A stretch of DNA of 64,000 bases from contig OZ241869.1 in assembly GCA_965202805.1 (NCBI GenBank), forward strand, positions 2,112,001-2,176,000. Direction: 5' to 3'. Shown here one piece after another: positions 30,337 to 38,385 of the stretch. Position numbers and translations under genes: made by a program. Under the pieces are notes generated by a model. That model saw nothing but the letters and a program-made list of their open reading frames with translations. It made no database searches and was not told where the DNA came from. Numbering within the stretch: position 1 is the first letter of the stretch; each line of letters starts with the position of its first letter. The DNA is from Longimicrobiales bacterium. GTDB lineage: Bacteria > Gemmatimonadota > Gemmatimonadetes > Longimicrobiales > Gaopeijiaceae.

Positions 30337-32802
30337 ATGCGTGGACTCGCGGCGTCCGGCCTCATCTCGGGACTTCTGCTGGCGGGCGGAAGCAGCTTCG
30401 TCGGCCAGGGTGCGGCCGGGCCGGATCGGGGACCTGCAGCGCGCGCAGACGAGCCCCATGCCGTCGTCGCGAGCCACGGCTCCGGCACCGTTCCCAGCGA
30501 AGAGCTCACCGCGGTGGTGGTGCGCTACTGCCAGGTCTGCCACAACGACTTTCTCCAGACCGGAAACCTCTCCCTGATCGGCTTCGATGTCGCCGCCGCC
30601 TCCACTGCGCCGGAGACGGCGGAGAAGATGATACAGAAGCTGCGGGCCGAGATGATGCCGCCCCCGGGGATCCCTCGTCCGGGGGGCGACACCCTCCTGA
30701 TGCTGGTCGAGACCCTCGAGGCCAACATGGACCGGGCCGCCGCCGAAGCCCCCAACCCGGGCGGCCGCACCTTCCAGAGGCTGAATCGCGCCGAGTACCA
30801 GAGTTCCATCCGCGACCTTCTCGAGATCGAAATCGATGCGGCGAACTTCCTCCCGCTCGACACCAAGAGCGCGAACTTCGACAACATCGCCGACGTGCAG
30901 GCGCTCTCGCCGACGCTTCTGAGCGCGTATCTGAAGGCCGCCAGCGAAATCTCGCGCCTCGCGGTCGGCAACCCGCTCGCGGGGAACCAGGAGACCACCT
31001 ACCGCATCCCCCGGCTGGCTTCCCAGCGGGAGCGGGTGCCGGGCGCGCCCTACGGTTCGCGCGGCGGCACCTCCGTCGTGCACAACTTCCCCGCCGACGG
31101 GACCTACGAGTTCAGCGTTTCCTTCCACTACTCGCCGGAAGGCTACCTGTTCGGCCGCAACGAACCCGGCGAACAGGTAGACATCTCCATCGACGGCGAG
31201 CAGGTCGCGCTGCTCCCCATCGACCGCTTCATGGGCGAGGTCGATCCCGGCGGAAAGGGCCTGATCCTCGAGACCGGCCCCATCCAGGTGCGCGCCGGTC
31301 CCCACCGCGTCTCCGCGGTCTTCATCCCGACCGAGCGCGGCCCGGTGGACGACCTCTTCTCGGCGCACGGCCACAGCATCGCCGACACCCAGATCGGCAT
31401 CGGCTACGGGCTCACCATGCCGCCCCACATCCGCGACCTGGTGATCAAGGGACCAGCCAGGGTGACGGGCGTTTCGGACACCCCGAGCCGCCGCAGGATC
31501 TTCTCCTGCCGTCCCACGGGACCGGACGAGGTCCGGCCGTGTGCCCGCACCATCATCGAGCGGATCGCGACCGACGCCTACCGCAGGCCTGTGGACGACG
31601 CGGACCTGAGCGGCCTGATGGCCTTCTACGACCAGGGCGAGCAGGAGACCGGCTTCGAAGGGGGCATCCGCTATGCCCTGGAGGCGATCCTCGCCAGCCC
31701 GCACTTCATCTTCCGCTTCGAGGAGTGGCCGGAGGGAGTGGAGCCGGGCGAGACATATCGCATCAGCGACGTCGACCTGGCCTCCCGCCTCTCCTTCTTC
31801 CTCTGGGCGTCGCCTCCGGACCAGGAGCTGGCGAGCGTGGCGCGCGCCAACCGGCTTTCGGGACGGACGTTGCGCGAACAGACGCTGCGCATGCTGGCCG
31901 ACCCCCGCTCGAGCGCGCTCAGCAGCCGTTTCGCGGCGCAGTGGCTGCGCCTGTCGGACCTGGAGAAGCTGAACCCGGACATGGTGCTCTTCCCGGACTA
32001 CGACCAGCAGCTCGGCGATGCGCTCATCCGCGAGACCGAGCTGTTCTTCGACCATCTCTTCCAGGAAGACCGGCCCGTCACCGAGTTCATCACCGCGGAC
32101 TACACCTTCGCGAACGAGCGCCTGGCCAACCACTACGGGATTCCCGGGGTGGTCGGCGAGGAATTCCGCAGGGTGCAATACCCGACGGAACGGCGCCGCG
32201 GCGTCTTCGGCCACGGCAGCGTCCTCGCCCAGAGTTCGCTCGCCAACCGCACTTCCCCGGTTCTGCGCGGGAAGTGGGTCATGGAGGTCATCCTCGGCAC
32301 ACCGCCGCCGCCGCCACCTCCCGGCATCCCCGACCTCGACGAGACCGAGGGTACGGAGGGCACGCGCATGCTGACGACGCGGGAGCGCATGGAGATCCAC
32401 CGCGCCAACGTGGTCTGCAACGCCTGCCATCAGTTCATGGATCCGATCGGGCTGGCGCTCGACAACTTCGACGTCACGGGCCGCTGGCGCATTCGCGAGA
32501 ACGGCATCGCGCTCGACACCCGGGGCCAGCTCTACGACGGCACCCCGCTCACCAGCCCCACCGACCTGCACGAGGCGATGCTGCGGTTGAAGACCCCGGT
32601 GCTGCGCAACTTCACGGCGAACCTCATGGCCTACGCCCTGGGACGCCGCGTGGAATACTACGACATGCCCGCCGTGCGCCGGATCGTGCGGCGAGCCGAA
32701 GAAAACGAATATCGTCCTTCCGAATTCGTCCTCGGCATCGTCGAGAGCGACGCCTTCCGCATGCGCAGGGCGGCGGAGCTGGCCACGGAAGCACAACGCT
32801 GA
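30337..32802 (+). CDS. DUF1592/1588/1585/1587/1595 (PSD) protein with two c-heme motifs, copy A
   Basis: Signal peptide, CQVCH..MMPPPG, RLNRAEY, LASRLSFFLW..PD, RFAAQWL, TSPVLRGKWV, PPPPPP, CNACH..MDPIG, YALGR. Confidence 0.88.
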   Translation: MRGLAASGLISGLLLAGGSSFVGQGAAGPDRGPAARADEPHAVVASHGSGTVPSEELTAVVVRYCQVCHNDFLQTGNLSLIGFDVAAASTAPETAEKMIQKLRAEMMPPPGIPRPGGDTLLMLVETLEANMDRAAAEAPNPGGRTFQRLNRAEYQSSIRDLLEIEIDAANFLPLDTKSANFDNIADVQALSPTLLSAYLKAASEISRLAVGNPLAGNQETTYRIPRLASQRERVPGAPYGSRGGTSVVHNFPADGTYEFSVSFHYSPEGYLFGRNEPGEQVDISIDGEQVALLPIDRFMGEVDPGGKGLILETGPIQVRAGPHRVSAVFIPTERGPVDDLFSAHGHSIADTQIGIGYGLTMPPHIRDLVIKGPARVTGVSDTPSRRRIFSCRPTGPDEVRPCARTIIERIATDAYRRPVDDADLSGLMAFYDQGEQETGFEGGIRYALEAILASPHFIFRFEEWPEGVEPGETYRISDVDLASRLSFFLWASPPDQELASVARANRLSGRTLREQTLRMLADPRSSALSSRFAAQWLRLSDLEKLNPDMVLFPDYDQQLGDALIRETELFFDHLFQEDRPVTEFITADYTFANERLANHYGIPGVVGEEFRRVQYPTERRRGVFGHGSVLAQSSLANRTSPVLRGKWVMEVILGTPPPPPPPGIPDLDETEGTEGTRMLTTRERMEIHRANVVCNACHQFMDPIGLALDNFDVTGRWRIRENGIALDTRGQLYDGTPLTSPTDLHEAMLRLKTPVLRNFTANLMAYALGRRVEYYDMPAVRRIVRRAEENEYRPSEFVLGIVESDAFRMRRAAELATEAQR

Positions 32803-32857
32803 AGGCGGACAACGAGACAACAGGACAGGGCTACCCCGTCATCGACAGGAGCACGAC

Positions 32858-34279
32858 ATGAAGTTCATCACCGGAACCCACATCCCGCGGCGGACCTTTC
32901 TCCGGGGCTCGGGGGTCGCGCTCGCGCTGCCCCTCCTGGACAGCATGATTCCCGCGCGCAGGCTGTGGGGCGATGTGGCCGCCGAAGTGCAGAAGCCGCG
33001 CCTCATCGCCATCGAGAACTCGCATGGAGCGGCGGGGAGCAACGAGTGGGGCGCGACCCAGAACCTGTGGGCTCCGGCGAAGCTGGGTCGCGGCTTCGAT
33101 CTGAGCCCGAGCGCGCTCCAGCCGCTGGAGGGCTTCCAGGATCGCCTGACCATCATCAGCAACACCGATGTGCGGCAGGCCGAGGCCTTCGCGCCCAAGG
33201 AGATCGGCGCCGACCACTTCCGCTCCAGCGCCACCTTCCTGACGCAGGCGCATCCGCGGCGGACCGAGGGCTCCGATGTCTACGTCGGCACCTCCATGGA
33301 CCAGCTCTTCGCCCAGCGCTTCGGCCAGGAGACCGCGATTCCCTCCATGCAGCTCTGCATCGAGAACGTGGACCAGTCGGGCGGCTGCTCGTACGGGTAC
33401 GCCTGCGCGTACACGGACTCCATCAGTTGGGCCTCCCCCACCGATCCGCTGCCCATGACCCGGGATCCGCGCGTCGCATTCGACCAGCTCTTCGGAGCCG
33501 GAGGCACGCCCGAGGAGCGGGCGCGCCGGCGCCGCACCCAGGCGAGCATCCTCGACTGGGTCACCGAGGAGGTCGCGCGGCTTCGCGCCGCCCTCCCGCC
33601 CGAGGACCGGATCCGCATGGAACACTACCTGGAGGACGTGCGCGAACTGGAGCGGCGCATCGAGCGCACCGAGGCCCGCAACACCAGCGGCTTCGAGCGC
33701 GAGCTGCCCGAGGCTCCGGTGGGCGTGCCCGACTCCTACACCGAGCATGTGCAGATGATGTTCGACCTGCAGGCGCTCGCCTTCCAGACCGACATGACCC
33801 GCGTCTTCTCGCTCAAGATGAGCCGCGACGTGTCCTCGCGCGTATTCCCGGAGAGCGGCTGCGAGGGCGGATTCCACCCGCAGTCGCACGCATCCGGCAA
33901 CGAAGGCGTGCTGGGCTTCTACCAGATCAACAAGTATCACGTGGGCCTGCTCCCCTATCTGCTCGAGAAGCTCGACAACACGGCAGAAGTGGACGGCACG
34001 CTGCTCGACAACACGATGGTCGTGTACGGATCGCCCATGGGTGACGGAAACCTGCACAACCACCGGCGCGTGCCCTTCATCGTGGTGGGCGGACAGGCCA
34101 TGGGACTCGAGGGCGGACTGCACGTCAAGGCTCCCGACGGCACCCCGCTGGCCAACGCCATGCTCACGCTGCTCCACAGGCTGGGGCTGGACAACCTGGA
34201 CAGCTTCGGCGACAGCACCGGCGAGATGCTGATGAGGCTTCCCGCCTCCTACGCCGACGACGCGACCTCGAGCCGCTAG
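32858..34279 (+). CDS. DUF1552 (HXXSHH) Tat-exported protein, copy A
   Basis: PRRTFLRG.GV.LALPLLDSM, SMDQ, GCSYGYACAYTDSISW, LAFQTDMTRV, FHPQSHA, GNLHNH. Confidence 0.88.
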   Translation: MKFITGTHIPRRTFLRGSGVALALPLLDSMIPARRLWGDVAAEVQKPRLIAIENSHGAAGSNEWGATQNLWAPAKLGRGFDLSPSALQPLEGFQDRLTIISNTDVRQAEAFAPKEIGADHFRSSATFLTQAHPRRTEGSDVYVGTSMDQLFAQRFGQETAIPSMQLCIENVDQSGGCSYGYACAYTDSISWASPTDPLPMTRDPRVAFDQLFGAGGTPEERARRRRTQASILDWVTEEVARLRAALPPEDRIRMEHYLEDVRELERRIERTEARNTSGFERELPEAPVGVPDSYTEHVQMMFDLQALAFQTDMTRVFSLKMSRDVSSRVFPESGCEGGFHPQSHASGNEGVLGFYQINKYHVGLLPYLLEKLDNTAEVDGTLLDNTMVVYGSPMGDGNLHNHRRVPFIVVGGQAMGLEGGLHVKAPDGTPLANAMLTLLHRLGLDNLDSFGDSTGEMLMRLPASYADDATSSR

Positions 34280-34361
34280 TCGGGAGGATGTGTTCGAGCG
34301 AGAATCGTCGCAGCCTGCCGGCGGTCACGGAACAGAGAGTGCGCGCACTGAAGGAGGGCCG

Positions 34362-36131
34362 ATGAAGGCCGCATGGAAGATCAACCTGGTGTGTCTGACG
34401 CTGCTCATCTCGGCAGCCGTCCCGCCGGATTCGCCGGTGGCCGACGCCGCCATGCGCGGCGACGCCGAAGAGGTGCACGCGCTGCTGCGCGCGGGGGCGG
34501 ACGTGAACGCGGCCCAGGGCGACGGCATGACCGCGCTGCACTGGGCGGCCGAGAACGGCCGGATCGAACTGGCCGAGGTGCTTGTGTTCGCGGGGGCGAG
34601 CCCGGAGGCCGCCACCCGGCTGGGCGGGTTTACGCCGCTCATGGTGGCCAGCCGCGCGGGTCACGCCGGCATCGTGCGCCTGCTGGCGGATGCGGGCGCC
34701 AACCTGGAGGCGACCACCGAGACCGGCGAGACCGCGCTCCACTACGCCGCCTGGTCGGGCAACCCGGAGATCGCGGTGGCGCTGGCGGAGAAGGGCGCCG
34801 AGGTCAACGCGCAGGAGTCCGCCAACGGGCAGACGCCGCTCATGTTCGCCGCCGCCTACGGCCGCACCGAGGTGGTGCGCACGCTGCTGGAGGCGGGCGC
34901 GGACCCCTCCATCCGGACCAACGTCATCGACTACCCGGCCATGGCCCGGGAGGACCGCGAGCTCATCAGGCAGCGTGACAGACGCCTCTCCGCGCTCTTC
35001 GGCGAGGACATCATCTCGGACACGCCCGTCGACGGAACTCGCCAGGACGATGACGAGGAGGAAGCCGAAGAGGAGGAAGAGGAACGGCCGGCCGGGAGAG
35101 CCGCCACCCGCGGACAGACCCGGGCGCCCATGTCCTACGACCAGCTGGTGGGCAGGCAGGGCGGCAATGCCGCGCTGCACTATGCCGCCCGCGAGGGCCA
35201 CCACGACGTCGTCAGGACTCTCCTGGAAGGCGGCGCCGACATCGACCAGGTGACCGGCGGCGACCTGAGTTCAGCCCTGCTCATGACGATCCTGAACGGG
35301 CACTTCGACCTCGCGATGTGGCTGCTCGAACAGGGCGCCGATCCCAACCTGCAGAGCGATCCGGGCGCCACGCCCCTCTACGCCGCGGTCCATCTGCAGT
35401 GGGTTCCCAAGTCGTTCTACCCGCAACCCACCGCGATCAAGCAGGAGAACACCACCTACCTCGAGCTCATGAAGGCGCTGCTCGACGCGGGGGCGGAGCC
35501 CAACGTGCGCCTGAAGCGCCACCTCTGGTACACGTCGTTCAACCACAACGTCCTGGGCGTCGATACGTGGGGCGCCACGCCCTTCTGGCGCGCGGCCTAC
35601 GGCACCGACGTGGACGCGATGCGGCTGCTGGTGGCGTATGGCGCCAACTACACCACCCCCACCTTCCGCCCGCCGGGACGTCCCTCGACCGGCAACGGCC
35701 GCGATGACGGCGAGAAGAAGCCGGATCCCTCGGGGCTGCCCGTGGTGCCGATCGGCGGCCCGGGCGTGCAGCCCATCCACGCGGCCTCCGGCGTCGGCTA
35801 TGGCCTCGGCCTGGCCGGGAATGCCCACCGCCACGCCCCGAACGGCTGGCTCCCCTCGGTGCGCTACCTGGTCGAGGAGCTGGGGGCCGACGTCAACGCG
35901 CGCGACTACAACGGCTTCTCGCCGCTGCACAACGCGGCGGCCCGCGGAGACCGCGAGCTGATCGAGTACCTGGTCGGCCGCGGCGCGGACGTCACCGTGC
36001 TCACGCGCAAGGGCGAGACGACCGCCGACATGGCGAACGGTCCGGTGCAGCGCGTCACCGTCTTCCCGGAGATCGTGGCGCTGCTGGAGAGGCTGGGCTC
36101 GAAGAACAACGACAACTGCGTGTCCTGCTGA
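34362..36131 (+). CDS. Secreted ankyrin-repeat protein with C-terminal CxxC, copy A
   Basis: Signal peptide and many GxT(A/P)LHxAA ankyrin repeats; ends NNDNCVSC. AGGAGG RBS before ATG 34362. Confidence 0.92.
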   Translation: MKAAWKINLVCLTLLISAAVPPDSPVADAAMRGDAEEVHALLRAGADVNAAQGDGMTALHWAAENGRIELAEVLVFAGASPEAATRLGGFTPLMVASRAGHAGIVRLLADAGANLEATTETGETALHYAAWSGNPEIAVALAEKGAEVNAQESANGQTPLMFAAAYGRTEVVRTLLEAGADPSIRTNVIDYPAMAREDRELIRQRDRRLSALFGEDIISDTPVDGTRQDDDEEEAEEEEEERPAGRAATRGQTRAPMSYDQLVGRQGGNAALHYAAREGHHDVVRTLLEGGADIDQVTGGDLSSALLMTILNGHFDLAMWLLEQGADPNLQSDPGATPLYAAVHLQWVPKSFYPQPTAIKQENTTYLELMKALLDAGAEPNVRLKRHLWYTSFNHNVLGVDTWGATPFWRAAYGTDVDAMRLLVAYGANYTTPTFRPPGRPSTGNGRDDGEKKPDPSGLPVVPIGGPGVQPIHAASGVGYGLGLAGNAHRHAPNGWLPSVRYLVEELGADVNARDYNGFSPLHNAAARGDRELIEYLVGRGADVTVLTRKGETTADMANGPVQRVTVFPEIVALLERLGSKNNDNCVSC

Positions 36132-36159
36132 CGGACCGGAGGTTCTTCCAGGAGGACGG

Positions 36160-38199
36160 TTGTCCGCAAAAACCATGAAGGTCTTCGCCGGCGCCGCGGT
36201 CGTACTGGTCGCGGCGCTGGTGGTTTTCCACGGTCCGACGCGCGCAACCTCGCCGCAGGTCCGCAACGGTCTCCCGATCGACGCGCTGGCCGAGACGGTC
36301 TGGATCGAGGAGTTCGACATCTCGCCCGACGGCGGCCTTCTCGTCTTCAAGTCCGCTGCGGGCGGCTCCTACGACCTCTGGACCGTGCCCACGGCGGGAG
36401 GCGAGCCCACCCGCATCACGACGATGGCGGGCCGGGAGATGTCGCCGCGCTTCAGCCCCGACGGGCGCTGGATCGCCTTCGAGGCCGACTTCGGCGGAAC
36501 CGACGTGCGCGACATCTACGTGGTGCCCTCGGGCGGCGGGGAGTCCAGGCGCCTCACCGATCACCCGCTGAACGAGTCCGGCATCTCGTGGGCGCCCGAC
36601 AGCCGCCGGATCTACTTCAACACCAGCATGTACTGGGACAACTCGGTGGCGGCGGTGGACATCGCGACCGGCGAGATCGAGCGGGTCGGGCCCGGGGGCA
36701 GCGGTCAGCTGTCCGCCGACGGCGCGATGTTCGCCTTCACCCGCAATACCCGTCCGCAGGACGACGCCCAGAGCAACCAGGACATCTGGGTGATGCCCGC
36801 AGCGGGCGGGGACGCGCGCGCCCTCACCCCCAACACCTTCGACTGGCGCGACACCGAGCCGCGCTGGTCCCCGGACGGCACCCGCCTGGCCTTCGTCTCC
36901 GACCGCAACGGCTTCAACAACCTGGGCGTGCTGGACGTGGCCACCGGCGACGCCACCATGCTTCTCACCGAGGATGTCGAGCACAGCGAGCCGCGCTGGT
37001 CCCCGGACGGCCGCTGGATCTCCTTCACACGCAACCTGGACTACGACTACCACATCTTCCGCATCCCCGCCGAGGGCGGCGAGCCGGAACAGCTCACCCA
37101 CGCCACCGGCGTCAACGGCGGGTCGCGGGCGACCGGCCAAACCCGCGGCGGACATCTGTGGCACCCGGACGGCGAGCACATCGTCTACACGCACTCGGGG
37201 CCTTCGCGGACGGGCGACCTCCGGATCCTCCCGGTCGACGGGGGCGAGCCGCGCCGGATCACGGACCACCAGCACCCCGCCCTTGCCGACCCCGACCTGT
37301 TCGTCGAGCCGGAGTTCATCGAGTACACCAGCTTCGACGGTCTCGAGGTCGCGGGACTCGTCTACAAACCGAAGGGCGCCAGCGCCGGCGACCGCCTCCC
37401 GGGACTCTTCTTCTTTCGCGCCAACTCCAACGGGCAGCATCCGAAGCAGTGGCATCCGTACATCCAGTACTTCCTAAGCCGCGGCTACCTGGTCTTCGCG
37501 CCCAACTTCCGCGGCAGCACCGGAAGGGGAAAGGCGTACCGGCAGGCCGTGCACACCCACGGGGGCGACCACGACCTGCGCGACGCCTTCATCGGCATGG
37601 ATCTGCTCGCCGGCCAGGGCTGGGTGGACCCCGGGCGGGTGGGCGCCTTCGGAGGCTCCACCGGCGGCTTCTACACCACCACCGCGGTCACCAAGGATCC
37701 CGGCCGCTTCCGTGCGGGCATCGTCTGGTACGGCTCGACCGACCTCGTCACGCTGTCGACCTACGGCGGCATGGAGGGCTGGAACCGGTTCCTGATCGGC
37801 CGCACCCCCATGGAGAACCCGCGCAACTACTACGAGCGCTCCATCATCTACCACGCCGACGAAATCGATGTCCCCCTCCTCTTTCTGTACGCGCAGGGGG
37901 ACGGGGCGGCGCGCTTCCAGCAGATCGAGCAGTACGGCATCCAGGCCGAGATCCACGGCAACTGGTACGACTGGGTCGTCTACGGCGGCGAGCCGCACGG
38001 CTGGTATCACTGGGGCCCCTCGAGCGTCAGACGGTCGCTCGAGATCATGAGCGCGATGTTCGACACCTTCATCCTCGGTGACGAACACGACGTGCACGCG
38101 ATGGCGGAGGAACAGCGCGAGGGCATCCGCATCCAGCGCAACCCGACCATCGAATTGTGGAACTCGCTGGTCAACGGTCGCCCCCCGGAAGGGGACTGA
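36160..38199 (+). CDS. S9-family peptidase with TolB-like propeller (atypical pre-oxyanion loop)
   Basis: SPDG repeats, APNFRGSTGRG, GGSTGG nucleophile elbow, AQGDG and EPHGW. TTG start with GGAGG RBS (alternative ATG 36175). Confidence 0.85.
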   Translation: MSAKTMKVFAGAAVVLVAALVVFHGPTRATSPQVRNGLPIDALAETVWIEEFDISPDGGLLVFKSAAGGSYDLWTVPTAGGEPTRITTMAGREMSPRFSPDGRWIAFEADFGGTDVRDIYVVPSGGGESRRLTDHPLNESGISWAPDSRRIYFNTSMYWDNSVAAVDIATGEIERVGPGGSGQLSADGAMFAFTRNTRPQDDAQSNQDIWVMPAAGGDARALTPNTFDWRDTEPRWSPDGTRLAFVSDRNGFNNLGVLDVATGDATMLLTEDVEHSEPRWSPDGRWISFTRNLDYDYHIFRIPAEGGEPEQLTHATGVNGGSRATGQTRGGHLWHPDGEHIVYTHSGPSRTGDLRILPVDGGEPRRITDHQHPALADPDLFVEPEFIEYTSFDGLEVAGLVYKPKGASAGDRLPGLFFFRANSNGQHPKQWHPYIQYFLSRGYLVFAPNFRGSTGRGKAYRQAVHTHGGDHDLRDAFIGMDLLAGQGWVDPGRVGAFGGSTGGFYTTTAVTKDPGRFRAGIVWYGSTDLVTLSTYGGMEGWNRFLIGRTPMENPRNYYERSIIYHADEIDVPLLFLYAQGDGAARFQQIEQYGIQAEIHGNWYDWVVYGGEPHGWYHWGPSSVRRSLEIMSAMFDTFILGDEHDVHAMAEEQREGIRIQRNPTIELWNSLVNGRPPEGD

Positions 38200-38270
38200 G
38201 GTCCAGCGGGCGGCACGCCGTGAATCCATCGGGTAGCCAACCCTCGTACATGATCCACGCACGGTTTCGC

Positions 38271-38299
38271 TTGATCCCACCGTGTCCCGGACCTATTGT
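38271..38299 (+). promoter_or_regulatory. Putative sigma70 promoter of susC-A
   Basis: TTGATC-17 nt-TATTGT. Confidence 0.5.
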
Positions 38300-38385
38300 G
38301 GGCGTTGCTCCGCAAACCGGGTGAACGAAGTTCTTCCGGGCCGGAAGACAGTTCTTTTCCTTCTGATCGCAGCAGAGGAGGCCAG

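Noticed and set aside
36129..36160. Selenocysteine read-through of the TGA after CxxC in both ankyrin genes
   Set aside because: The sequences after the stop are not conserved between the paralogs. The downstream hairpins look like RBS or terminator structures rather than a SECIS.
38305..38350. c-di-GMP-I riboswitch suggested by GCAAACC
   Set aside because: The required GNRA-capped P2 stem and the downstream GACGCAAAG-like segment are absent.
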